Origin: Candidatus Thorarchaeota archaeon
GTDB taxonomy: Archaea > Asgardarchaeota > Thorarchaeia > Thorarchaeales > Thorarchaeaceae
Assembly: GCA_048882325.1 (NCBI GenBank)
Contig: JBHLRS010000005.1
Location: 32,001 to 96,000 of the forward strand
DNA: 64,000 bases
Direction: 5' to 3'
Shown in pieces: positions 48,187 through 58,458 of this stretch. A program made the translations under genes and the position numbers. Each line of letters opens with the position of its first letter. Positions within the stretch are counted from its first letter, which is position 1. Below the pieces are notes generated by a model. That model worked only from the letters and a program-made list of their open reading frames with translations, did not search any database and was not told the origin of the DNA.

Positions 48187-48876
48187 CTATATCTTCTTAG
48201 AACCTTCACGAGCGACTAACTTGGTCATTCTAGCTTGATTCTTTTCATAGTACGACCTAATTAGTTCCGGGTCACGCTTACTCAACTCGCGTAAAACCCA
48301 TCCAGCAGCTTTGCCCACAAAGAACTCGTCATCCGATATGTGGGGAGTGACTGCCTCGAGAATCTTGTTGTTGTATTCTGGTTTATACTGGGACTTCAAT
48401 GCAAGATGAAGGAATGGTAAGACTGAGGCTCTTCGGCGCCAGAAGTTGTCAGAAACTCGCCAAGATCGTAAGACAGCCTCTACTCTTTCATCACGTAAAA
48501 TCATAGAACCAATAGTAGGAGAACAAAGTGGATCAATTAATCCCCAGGTGTCAGCATCACTGACCCACTTGTCTGCTAAGTCTAGAGCTGTCTCAATGGA
48601 CCCTTTCTTCGCGTAAACCTTCAAGATGTCAATTGCTGCAAGTCTAATTTCAAACGATTCATCCATCCAGAGAGCTCTCATAATGCTAGGGAGTTCTCCA
48701 AGGCCCAAACCTTTGATGATTCTTTTCACTATCCTGTGTATCTCAGGAAGTTCCACTCCTATGAAGTTCAGTGAGGAGGTCTTCATGTATTCTGCGATCT
48801 TTTCTTTGCGTTCTGCCTTTCCTAGAGTTCTGAGTTCCTTGACGATATTTTTCACAATTTCTCCAGACATAGTCAA
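48187..48876 (-). CDS. AlkD-like DNA alkylation repair protein (HEAT repeats)
   Basis: YMK...FIGV..P, WGLID, W..SDNFWRRR, EFFVGKAAGWVLRELSK, REGSK. Confidence 0.88.
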   Translation of the reverse strand: MTMSGEIVKNIVKELRTLGKAERKEKIAEYMKTSSLNFIGVELPEIHRIVKRIIKGLGLGELPSIMRALWMDESFEIRLAAIDILKVYAKKGSIETALDLADKWVSDADTWGLIDPLCSPTIGSMILRDERVEAVLRSWRVSDNFWRRRASVLPFLHLALKSQYKPEYNNKILEAVTPHISDDEFFVGKAAGWVLRELSKRDPELIRSYYEKNQARMTKLVAREGSKKI

Positions 48877-48949
48877 TCAATCTACGTGGTTGGATTTAAT
48901 CATAATCATGGATATGTTCGATTCCGATATCCAACAGAAATTGAATTAA

Positions 48950-49573
48950 ATGTCGAAAACATCATTCTCAGCGAGGATTATCATGACAGAGATTCCCATG
49001 CCAGCAGGTGATTCATATGAACAGCCAGCTCCAAAGAGCTCGACTTCCTCTGATTGTTGCAAGATTGGGTTAATCATATGTGTCATTCTGATTATCGGAA
49101 TGATTTTGATTGCTGTAATTTTCTTGGGAAGTTTTGCTAGTTGGTTTGGCGGTTTTACTGGAACAACCTACGAAACTAGAACCATTGCGAGCAGTACACA
49201 AGATGTCCAACTCTTCAGCATTTATTATGCAGAGGAGTTTAGTGTGTCTAGCCTTGAAACGCAGACCACCACAGCTCCAGATATTGACTTTAACATTGAC
49301 GTGCTTTCAACAGGCTCCGATGTAGTGACGGTCACAATTCACTTTGCAATCTATGAAATAGATCAGACTACGTTCGATTCAATACCTACATGGTCAGGTG
49401 TTGCGCCATACCTCATGGACTCGGGAAATTATACTGACAACGCATCAGACTTCTTTAATCTAAACAATTATGCTGACACATATGTTTGGGTTCTTTGGTT
49501 TGAAGCTTCATCTAAGACATCTACATGGAGCGTTGATATCGACCTGACACTTAGATACAACTGGAATCTATAG
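48950..49573 (+). CDS. Single-pass membrane protein with extracellular beta domain
   Basis: CC before one TM helix; Thr/Ser/aromatic-rich C-terminal domain. Confidence 0.7.
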   Translation: MSKTSFSARIIMTEIPMPAGDSYEQPAPKSSTSSDCCKIGLIICVILIIGMILIAVIFLGSFASWFGGFTGTTYETRTIASSTQDVQLFSIYYAEEFSVSSLETQTTTAPDIDFNIDVLSTGSDVVTVTIHFAIYEIDQTTFDSIPTWSGVAPYLMDSGNYTDNASDFFNLNNYADTYVWVLWFEASSKTSTWSVDIDLTLRYNWNL

Positions 49574-49608
49574 TCATCAACAAAGTATGAGGAGGACACT
49601 CCTCATAC

Positions 49609-50642
49609 TCATGCTTTTTCTAGAAGATATCTCATATCAGCTTTCTTGAATCTCAAGAATGCTCTCGTTCCAAATTCTCGATTGAGTTCGGTTCCATATG
49701 AACTGAGTAGCTTTAGAGAATCAAGACCTCCAAGATCCCTGTGGAAGGATACATGCAGATAGTAACCCGGTTGTTTTGCTCCTCGTAATTGTTCTCGCAA
49801 CCAACCAACAGGTGTGATCAGTTCAGATCTGTCAACGGGTGCAAGTTTCAATTCTCCATAGATTCCAACCTTTGATAGTATTCCCAACCATCTTGTCCAA
49901 ACGCCCTCAGTTGTCGTAAATCCGGAGGTTCCTTTCTTATGAGTATAGATCGTGATGGAATCCACAGTGAGAGATTCTCCATCTAGCTTGCCATAAGCAG
50001 CCAAGATCCATAATGTTCGATTTAACAGAGAACTTCGTCCTTCAAGCATCTCCTGTCCCGCTATTGTATCTATGTCTGAAATCCTTAGACTTGATGTAAG
50101 AATCTGCGAAAGAACATTGTGAAGTGTTTTGTATTTCATATACTTCTTTTTTACATCAGGAAACGGCACAATCTTTGGGTGTTTCTCCTCGACAGTTTTG
50201 ACCTCTTGAATTTGACTAGGACTCAGATTCTCTTTGATATCATCAAGTGTCTTCATGCCCTCAAAGATTCTTATGTATGCTTGATATTTGTCATCAGGAA
50301 TATGGTTACCTATTCTTCTCTCTGCATCCGCACGACTGTTGTTGATGTTCTGTATCATGATCTTGTCACATAGATATCGTGAGCAATAGGCACAGTTTCG
50401 CACCTCCGTGCAGAACAACTCCGAAGGAAATTATGTACACCCACATCCTTTGATAGATTCTCATTGGGAGTCTGACATCCATGGCACGGATTCTTAGTTG
50501 GTGAAAACCCTACATACTTCTTCACATCTTCAACATAGGAAGCCCATTCATCTTCACTTTGTTCTCTCCGAACCCACACACCCCATGGGCAGCTGGAACA
50601 CATATTGCCACATTTGCTAATGACTGGCTTCACTGTTATCAT
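49609..50642 (-). pseudogene. Frameshifted DUF3795-like Cys-rich protein
   Basis: CG..C..CP...C.GC...C.AR.C in one frame continues as V.NCAYC..Y.CDK in another; junction at about 50400. Confidence 0.75.
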
Positions 50643-50751
50643 AATAACATAGGCAGACTTGCTAATTAGTTCATTCTCTTATTGCGCTGAATTAATTGCT
50701 TATAACTGTTCAAACAAAAATACAATCTGGAGAACCTCTGGGGATATTTAG

Positions 50752-51522
50752 GTGTCAAATGGTATTCATATTCAGACTCAGGGCCTTTCAAAGAATTTTG
50801 GTCCTGTAGTTGCTCTGAAGAACCTCGACCTTTCTGTACGAAAAGGTAGTGTCTTTGGTTATCTTGGTCCAAATGGAGCAGGGAAGACAACAACTGTCAG
50901 AATTCTGTCCGGACTGTTGAAACCCACAAGTGGGGATGCTATTGTCTGTGGGTTTGATGTACATAATGAACGAAATGACATAAAGAGAGTGACTGGTCTC
51001 TTACCAGAATCACCCGGTCTCTACTCTAAATTGTCAGCAGTTGAGTTTCTTGAGTTCATAGGAGCATTGAACAATCTGAGTGGGGAGTCACTTCACAAAC
51101 GTATAGAATCGCTTCTCGGAATTTTGGGACTCGAAGGAAGACAGAATGACCTGCTTGAGAGCTACAGTAGTGGTATGAAGCAAAAAGTGCTAGTTGCTTC
51201 AACTGTGCTTCATGAGCCAGAGTTGGTGTTCCTTGATGAACCAACATCACGCCTTGATCCTGCAGCAAGCGTACTTGTTAGAGAAATAATCTTGGCAATG
51301 GCTGAAGAAACTAACACGACCTTCTTCATCTGTACTCACATGACGGACTTCGCTGAGGATGTATGTGAAATCATTGGAATCCTGAATGAAGGTGTACTAA
51401 CAACTCTCGGAGCCCCCGATGAAATCATTGAGCAGACTAAAGCCAAAGACCTTGAGGATGCATACCTCAAGATTGTTGGCGGAGAGATAGACCGTGAGAC
51501 GCTTCTCAGCTGGAGGCAGTGA
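50752..51522 (+). CDS. ABC transporter ATP-binding protein
   Basis: GPNGAGKT, YSSGMKQK, FLDEPT, H-loop. Confidence 0.95.
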   Translation: MSNGIHIQTQGLSKNFGPVVALKNLDLSVRKGSVFGYLGPNGAGKTTTVRILSGLLKPTSGDAIVCGFDVHNERNDIKRVTGLLPESPGLYSKLSAVEFLEFIGALNNLSGESLHKRIESLLGILGLEGRQNDLLESYSSGMKQKVLVASTVLHEPELVFLDEPTSRLDPAASVLVREIILAMAEETNTTFFICTHMTDFAEDVCEIIGILNEGVLTTLGAPDEIIEQTKAKDLEDAYLKIVGGEIDRETLLSWRQ

Positions 51523-53170
51523 TTTGGTCAGGGTCTGGCAAGCTATTGCTAAGGCTGAGTTTCTTGTAAGAACTGTCAAGCTCCACAAATCGCGAAAGGT
51601 TCTATACCCAATGGTAATTGGAATCGCACTAGCGTGGGGATTGTTGCTAGTTCCTCGAATCTTGGGATTCTTTTTCGCAAGATATGGGGACGCCTTTGAA
51701 GCTTTGTTAGCGACATCATTTCCAGGATTGCTCAGAACAATTATGATGGTCATCTGGATGTTCATTCTGATTGTTCCGATTTCGAATAGTCTTGAGAATG
51801 TTAAAATTGGTCAATGGGAGATCCTCTTCAGCAACAATGTGAAGACAAGAGACCTCCTCTTTGGCACCTTTGTGGGAAGAATCCCAGTCTATGGCATTTT
51901 CGTAATCGCACTAGCACCTATTGTGGTGTCACCATTTGTTTATGCATATAATGTGTCAATGACAGGTCAGTTGATGATGTACTTGGTCATATTCGTATTC
52001 TCGATTATAACAATATGGATCTCAACTGTGTTCAGTACTGCAATCCATGCAAAAATAGGGAGATCACCACGGGGTGATGATATTGGAAAGGCATTAAGCT
52101 GGGCTCTTGTTCCTCTTGTTGTACTCCCTGCAATGGGATCAATGTATTGGATGAATAGTGTTGTATCACTCTTCAATCTAAATGCGTCCATGATACTCCC
52201 TTCAACTTGGTGTGCAGATATTCTGACTTGGATAGCCATGCATACAGGAAATCTTAGACCATCCTCGGTATTGAACCTAGGACTCTATTGGTTTGCTGTA
52301 AGTCCTATTGTTGACCTGATATTATTAGGGGTATTCTCGCTTGCTGTTCTTGTGCTTGGTTTCAAAAGTGCAGGCAAAGTGTTTGAATATGGGGCTAGTC
52401 CAGGAAGTCAAAAGATCGCTCGCGCAGGACCAGAGAACCTCTTCATCAGAGGAGTTCGCAGAATATTTGGAAGGAAATTTGGAACGATAGTCGCTACTTC
52501 ATTCAAAGACTACGCTCGAAAACTGCAGAACATTGCAAAGCTCTCATATGGGCTATTCTTGGCTTTTCTCATACCTTTACTCCTTGGATTTGGTCCACTC
52601 TCTGCAACAATCGATGATCCGATATTCGTTCCAGTTATGACATCGCTTATGATGGGTATGATGTTGGGCATTTTCTCTGGAGTCATGTTTGGCGGAGTGG
52701 GATTACTTGACAGTCGTGATCAGCTTTGGATTCTGAAAAGCGCACCTAATGGTGTGCCAAAGTTCGTCGTAGCCCGAGTGCTTTCTTACATGATGGTCGG
52801 TCTACCATATGCCATTCTACCAGCAATGTTCACAGGGTACTTGCTCAATTTTGCTTTCTTCGACATAATCCTCATGTCTGGATTTGTTTACTCGATTGTT
52901 TTGGGCGGAATCTTTGTTGGTGTAGGTGTCACTGCTGCCAATCCCTCATATGAGGATACATCCAGTGGTGCGTTCATAATCAATCAAATCGTCACCGTCA
53001 TTGTCCTTATGGCATGTGTCTTTTTTTCATTAGTACAAGGTATCTTAATTGCCATCAATCAAGGCGTTTTTGGACCTGCAATGATCATGTCCAGTATTCC
53101 AACACCTATCGTCGGATTTGTCGTATTGATGTTGGGACTGATACGACTGAATGTATCGGAGGTGGACTGA
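51494..53170 (+). CDS. ABC exporter permease (duplicated multi-TM)
   Basis: About 12-14 TM in two similar halves; follows the ABC ATPase. Confidence 0.8.
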   Translation: MRRFSAGGSDLVRVWQAIAKAEFLVRTVKLHKSRKVLYPMVIGIALAWGLLLVPRILGFFFARYGDAFEALLATSFPGLLRTIMMVIWMFILIVPISNSLENVKIGQWEILFSNNVKTRDLLFGTFVGRIPVYGIFVIALAPIVVSPFVYAYNVSMTGQLMMYLVIFVFSIITIWISTVFSTAIHAKIGRSPRGDDIGKALSWALVPLVVLPAMGSMYWMNSVVSLFNLNASMILPSTWCADILTWIAMHTGNLRPSSVLNLGLYWFAVSPIVDLILLGVFSLAVLVLGFKSAGKVFEYGASPGSQKIARAGPENLFIRGVRRIFGRKFGTIVATSFKDYARKLQNIAKLSYGLFLAFLIPLLLGFGPLSATIDDPIFVPVMTSLMMGMMLGIFSGVMFGGVGLLDSRDQLWILKSAPNGVPKFVVARVLSYMMVGLPYAILPAMFTGYLLNFAFFDIILMSGFVYSIVLGGIFVGVGVTAANPSYEDTSSGAFIINQIVTVIVLMACVFFSLVQGILIAINQGVFGPAMIMSSIPTPIVGFVVLMLGLIRLNVSEVD

Positions 53171-53173
53171 GGG

Positions 53174-54673
53174 ATGAGAGTTTCGAAGTGGCAGATATCA
53201 TTCCTCCTCATCATCTTGGTGTCGTTGGCATCAATGCCTATAGGTGCAAATAATCATCAACAAACCACCACGACCAGATCTGCTTTTACTGTAAGTGAGG
53301 AAATCACTAATGTTCCATATGTTTGGCAAGAGGTCAATGGATTTTGCCTTCCGTCGTCACTTTCAATGGTCCTTCAGAGCATGGGACTTGATCTTAGTCT
53401 CTATGATATTCTCGCGGCATCTGGTACTGGTTTCTCAGTAGTATCGATTAGCGTTGATGAATCGATGACGCTCCTACCCGGAGTATTGGTGCGTCAGATT
53501 CCATGGCTAGAGTTCCTCACGGACCTTTATGGTTTGGAGTTGCAGATTTATCTGAATTCAAGCACAGATTATGGGGAAAACGCAATGCAGATTCTGGCTT
53601 CTTTGAGTTCTGAGATCATCGACTATGCAAATTCTGACTTGATGGCTCCTCTTGATGTTATGCGTGATTCAATTGATTCTGGATATCCTCTCACAATCGG
53701 TGTTGATACATATTATTTACCTCCAGCTGATTGGAACATCATCAGAGACTATGTTGGACCACTGCAACCTGGGGGTATAGGACATGCCATCGTGATAGTT
53801 GGGTATAATGACACGTCTGCTACTGTTAGTGTTTTCGACCCAGGAGTTGGTTTGTTAGAACCATATGTTGGATATCCTAATGATGGTCGTTGGAACTACA
53901 CTATGCCTTATTCCATGTTGGACAACGCTTGGAAAGGTGCGGGTTATGCAACATTCAGATTATCAAATGTTACTGGTAAAGCGGACAACTTTGAGAAAAG
54001 ATTAGCATCCTACATCTCACAGAGATTATTGGGAAATCGATCCTCGTATTTTGAGGGGCTCGAGAACTTTTTCTATCTCGGGACTGGCGCAGACGCCTTC
54101 AGAGGGATGGGACTTGACATGAATCTAGAAGCAATAAAGGACTACTGTACCTACTACCTCGAAGCAGACAAGCCAACAGCAATCAGACTTCTTGGTCACA
54201 ACCTCGAAGCTATGATGACGATGCAATACATGGCGTATCGGAGTGCACTCGACTCACTTCCAGATCTCCTTCCATCATATGACCTGACTGAGTTCATCGA
54301 TGCCGCGTCAGAAGCACTTCCACATATGGAAGTGCTCAGTCATAATGCTTCGATGACAAGTGTGATCACCATTGTTCCACGGAATACCCTCTTGTACAAC
54401 ACTTTCTTCGATATGGCCTCCACATTTGAATCATCACACGATCTTGATGGCTCGATTGCTGAACATTCAGAGGAGTTGGATGAAATAGCAGCTCATCTCA
54501 TTTCTATTGCAGATGCATGGAAGACAGCTGGCCAAGCATTGGCCAGTGAAATTGCGGAATCGGAGCCACTTCCATTCAATAATCTCATTGTAGTCATAGG
54601 TGGGGGAGCTGTTGTGTTGATTATTGCCATAGTGTTTGCTACGAGAAGAAGAAATGCCGTCAAGGAATGTTGA
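53174..54673 (+). CDS. Membrane-anchored C39-like (papain-fold) cysteine peptidase
   Basis: Signal-like N-terminus; VPYVWQ..GFC, GHAIVIVGY, FDP (Cys/His/Asp); C-terminal TM followed by RRR. Confidence 0.78.
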   Translation: MRVSKWQISFLLIILVSLASMPIGANNHQQTTTTRSAFTVSEEITNVPYVWQEVNGFCLPSSLSMVLQSMGLDLSLYDILAASGTGFSVVSISVDESMTLLPGVLVRQIPWLEFLTDLYGLELQIYLNSSTDYGENAMQILASLSSEIIDYANSDLMAPLDVMRDSIDSGYPLTIGVDTYYLPPADWNIIRDYVGPLQPGGIGHAIVIVGYNDTSATVSVFDPGVGLLEPYVGYPNDGRWNYTMPYSMLDNAWKGAGYATFRLSNVTGKADNFEKRLASYISQRLLGNRSSYFEGLENFFYLGTGADAFRGMGLDMNLEAIKDYCTYYLEADKPTAIRLLGHNLEAMMTMQYMAYRSALDSLPDLLPSYDLTEFIDAASEALPHMEVLSHNASMTSVITIVPRNTLLYNTFFDMASTFESSHDLDGSIAEHSEELDEIAAHLISIADAWKTAGQALASEIAESEPLPFNNLIVVIGGGAVVLIIAIVFATRRRNAVKEC

Positions 54674-55568
54674 ACATGAACCAAGTACTATCAACTATTG
54701 ACGCTGATGTAATCAAAGAAATTCATGAGATGATAGGAGAAGAGATTCCGAAACTCAGGAGTATCAAAGGCGGAACAACAGGTGTCTATAGTTTTGGCTT
54801 TGAAGTGAATAATGAACATATTGTTGCTCTGAGCATAAGGGGAAAGGACTCAATACACTACCTTCAACAGTTGCTAATCTGAGTCGTCTTGAGAGGTTAT
54901 ACCTGAGGGATAATGACCTTACGACAATCCCTGAAAGTATCTGTAAACTTCCAAGACTTGTTTACCTCGATGTGTTCAATAACAAAATCAAAGCAATTCC
55001 CAGGTCCATAGGTCAATTGCAAACCTTAGAGAGGGCTGATCTCTCGAGTAACTTCATAAAAACACTTCCAGAAACCATCGGGAATCTCCAGAACCTGAAG
55101 CGGCTAGGACTGATGGATGTTAAACTGGAGTCTTTGCCAGAATCCATTGGAAAACTGAAGAAATGTTGGGATCTAGCGATTTTCATCAATAATCTGACTA
55201 CACTTCCAGCTTCCATTGGTGAGATGAAGGGACTCACACGCTTACCAGTCCATTAAAATAAACTCTCGAGAATTCCTGAATCGATAGGGAATATTCCAAA
55301 CCTGAAGGAATTGTCTCTACATGACAATCAACTAACATCATTACCTGACAGTATTGGAAATCTATCAAAGCTAGAGAGTCTTAGGCTAGAAGGTAATCTA
55401 CTCACCAGCCTACCAGAAGCTATTACAAACCTAACCCACCTCCGTGCTCTTGAGATCAGGCGGAATAAATTCTCATCGTTTCCCTCAGGGATGAAGAGAT
55501 GGGTAGGAAACTTAGAAACTTCGGGTGCCAGAGTGAGAATGACAATGACACAAAGACAACTTCTGTGA
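54667..55568 (+). pseudogene. Leucine-rich repeat protein disrupted by a -1 frameshift (~54845) and an in-frame TAA (55254-55256)
   Basis: Continuous 23-aa LxxLPxSIGxLxxLxxLxLxxN repeats run across three track ORFs and the gaps between them. Confidence 0.85.
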
Positions 55569-55611
55569 TAGTTCCAAAAGAGCTCCTACATGATTTCATG
55601 TTACCTTGAAC

Positions 55612-57873
55612 TCATTTCTGCTTCGCTGAATCAAGGTATACTGGCACATAGAACTCCATTTCCCATTCAACAATGAAGCTCGTGGTCCATACTGGCTGTG
55701 AAGGTTCAGTTCCTTGATCCAACATGTCTTGCCAGGATTCGTCAGTGGGCCGGTCATTCATTGGCCAGGTGAATTCATAGTAAGAGAAGACAGCACCCCT
55801 GGTGAGGATGACATCTCCCTCGATTTTAACAGCTACAAGAATCACCATCGGACGTCCCACTGCTTCCTCAAGAACTTCACCAGAGTTGGGGTCTGTGTGA
55901 ACATCGGCAATTACTGCCATGTCCTTATCTTCATTGGACAGTAACTCGCTATCATGTGGGAACGTCACAATTTTTTCAAGAATATAGCCGCTATTCTGAA
56001 TCACACGATACTCCGTATCATTCAGTGTGGTTCCTTCAAGTTCCTTGATCGATATTGCTTGTAGGCTAAGTAAGAACTCTAAGAGGTCTCCTAACTTCTC
56101 GCTGATGAGCGATGAGAGTAGACTTCGAGAATCAAGACCTGTAATCATCATCTGACAAAGCGAAGCAAGTCTTGCGTACAGATTAGGAACCGGTTCGACA
56201 TATCCCTTAATCTGGGGAGGTAGTCCAGTCAGCGTGCCATAAGACTGCTTGGCATAAAGGATAGTGTCGTGTCTCAGTTCAGTCCAAGAGGCCAACGCTG
56301 TGGAGAGTTGCTTGTCGACCCATGCATCACTCTGCATGAAGAAGGGATAACCCTCTCCTGGCTCTGATAAAAGTGGGAGCAGTGAATATAGCCAGAGATA
56401 GTAGAGGTTCTGGGTCCATTCATCCGCTGTCATGTTTCCAATCTGATTCCAGAGCATCTTCATCTGCGAAACATAGTTTACATAGTTTTTATCATCCTCC
56501 AGGAGATCCCAAGCCCGATTAGAACCAAATGCGGCCATCACGTCGAGTCCCTTTGGCATCAATCGAGGATTAAGGAGAGTCCCAACATTGTCATAGACAA
56601 GTTGGCTGAGGATATAGCTGTCTGGAATATACCGCTGACCCATGAACCTCAGTCCCATTGTCTGCGCCAAGTCGTCCCCAGGCATCATTGGGTGACCAAG
56701 AATGAGTGGTTCCCGCAATTCCAAAGCTTCCTCAATGAACTGCTCCAAAAAAGTCTCATTATCAAGATCAGCAATATCGATTTCAGTGCCATAGATACTC
56801 TCTATGAGTGATAGATACTCAGCTGGAACCAAGTCATCCGCTGCACCTACGAAGAACGCAGTGGGCTCATATAGAGCATCCCAGATATCAAGACCCACTG
56901 GAGTACCTGAAATGCCTGAAACATTGTGAGTTAAGGCCAAGGAGAGGAGTATAGCTTGAGCTGTGTAGTCCTTTCCAGCCTCATTCAGCGTAGGCGGTTT
57001 TTCTGGCTGAAGTCTAAAGGATACTCGACCATACCACATCATAGCTTTGAAGTATCTTTGAAGAGTAACACTTCTAGTGTAGTGACCTCTTGGCACAAAC
57101 TGCGTGAAGTCCTCCAAATATCCCATAAACCAAGCAGCAGTCATTGACGAGTGGCCTTCGATCAATGTAAGAACATTTTCAACTGCAGGTTCCACCTCTG
57201 CAGGAAATGTTCCGGGAATCACCCACTCATTATCTATCAAACTCATTGCCACGGCAAAGAACATCAGGTTTCGAAGGGCGGCGTCCTGCCATCGACCCTC
57301 AGATGCAGTTTCATACTGGGAGAAGGTCACATCCAGTAATGAATCTGTTAGGTTCCTAAGAAGATCCCAGAAGGAGTAGACCTCGATCTCTCGTAGCGCT
57401 AGGTCATAGAGAACATGATAGGCGTGCAAAACAGCATCGGATGAAACAAAACTTGGTATTCCTCGTTCATCATTGTAAACCAAGATCTCATGAATATGTT
57501 TGAACGGAGATTGGGATGTAACAGCAAATCCATTTTCAACAATCATCTGCGAAACTTCACTCGGCAGCGATGAGTATTGATCTAAATTCACTACGTTTGA
57601 CAGTCCAGGATTCACGACATATGTTGGCGAGTTAGGTGTGAATGGCTTTTCATATGGGATGAAGTCAGCAAACTCGCCAGACACGATGCTATCAATTGTG
57701 AATGTGAGCTCACTTGGATGACCAGTAGGAGGGATATAGAAAGCTCCGGTCATGAACCCAAGGGTGGTGACAATACTAACAGCCAACAGCGCCGAGGTCA
57801 TTCCTGCGGCTGTAATCTTTCTTTTTGTTTTGCCATCAAGAGCCCTGACTATCACGGAAAACATGTATACCAC
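55612..57873 (-). CDS. DUF3160-family secreted/membrane-anchored protein
   Basis: FVSSDAVLHAYH, F.PRGHYT...YFKAMMWYGR, FMGQRY.PDS, LASWTELRHDTILYAKQSY, GYVEP, ADVHT, GAVFSYYEF. Confidence 0.85.
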   Translation of the reverse strand: MVYMFSVIVRALDGKTKRKITAAGMTSALLAVSIVTTLGFMTGAFYIPPTGHPSELTFTIDSIVSGEFADFIPYEKPFTPNSPTYVVNPGLSNVVNLDQYSSLPSEVSQMIVENGFAVTSQSPFKHIHEILVYNDERGIPSFVSSDAVLHAYHVLYDLALREIEVYSFWDLLRNLTDSLLDVTFSQYETASEGRWQDAALRNLMFFAVAMSLIDNEWVIPGTFPAEVEPAVENVLTLIEGHSSMTAAWFMGYLEDFTQFVPRGHYTRSVTLQRYFKAMMWYGRVSFRLQPEKPPTLNEAGKDYTAQAILLSLALTHNVSGISGTPVGLDIWDALYEPTAFFVGAADDLVPAEYLSLIESIYGTEIDIADLDNETFLEQFIEEALELREPLILGHPMMPGDDLAQTMGLRFMGQRYIPDSYILSQLVYDNVGTLLNPRLMPKGLDVMAAFGSNRAWDLLEDDKNYVNYVSQMKMLWNQIGNMTADEWTQNLYYLWLYSLLPLLSEPGEGYPFFMQSDAWVDKQLSTALASWTELRHDTILYAKQSYGTLTGLPPQIKGYVEPVPNLYARLASLCQMMITGLDSRSLLSSLISEKLGDLLEFLLSLQAISIKELEGTTLNDTEYRVIQNSGYILEKIVTFPHDSELLSNEDKDMAVIADVHTDPNSGEVLEEAVGRPMVILVAVKIEGDVILTRGAVFSYYEFTWPMNDRPTDESWQDMLDQGTEPSQPVWTTSFIVEWEMEFYVPVYLDSAKQK

Positions 57874-57895
57874 TAGGTTACGATTATACTTAGTA

Positions 57896-57931
57896 CCATG
57901 TTTTAGAACACACTGTCCATACTTTAGAACA
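57896..57931. promoter_or_regulatory. Imperfect 15-bp direct repeat with 21-bp period
   Basis: CCATGTTTTAGAACA (57896-57910) and CCATACTTTAGAACA (57917-57931) between divergent genes. Confidence 0.45.
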
Positions 57932-57981
57932 GAAGCATGATTGAGAATAGTTTAATGGGAAATTGTTGACCTGTTATACTA

Positions 57982-58443
57982 GTGGATAGGATGAGAGACC
58001 AATCCGAAGAGAGTGCTATAGAATCTGAACTCAGGGGAAATACTCTCCGTGTATATTGGTACATGCTCTCACAGAATGAACCAGTTGGTGTCAGGGAGGT
58101 CCAGAGGGCCATTGGAATGTCCAGTCCATCTGTTGCCAGTCACCATCTCTCAAAACTAGTTACATTGGAGCTCGTGGAGAAGAGGTCTGACAACTCATAC
58201 CATGTGAGTCGGGTAGTCAAGGTGGGAGTATTGAAGAACTTCATCGATTTTCGGGGGAGATTTCTTCCTCGCTATGTGTTCGTCGCGATATTCTTTTCCG
58301 CATTCACACTTTCCTATGTTGCGCTTTCTTACATAGCTCAGCCAGGTATTTACGACAGGCTCATCGCCATTGCGATTGGCGTTATAGGAGCACTATTCGC
58401 ATGGATCGAAAGTATTCGGCTCTGGAAGCTGAGGCTCTCATGA
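57982..58443 (+). CDS. Winged-helix regulator with two C-terminal TM helices
   Basis: GNTLRVYWYML...GVREVQRAIGMSSPSVASHHLSKL...LV; two TM. Confidence 0.85.
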   Translation: MDRMRDQSEESAIESELRGNTLRVYWYMLSQNEPVGVREVQRAIGMSSPSVASHHLSKLVTLELVEKRSDNSYHVSRVVKVGVLKNFIDFRGRFLPRYVFVAIFFSAFTLSYVALSYIAQPGIYDRLIAIAIGVIGALFAWIESIRLWKLRLS

Positions 58444-58458
58444 TAATCAGTAAACCTC

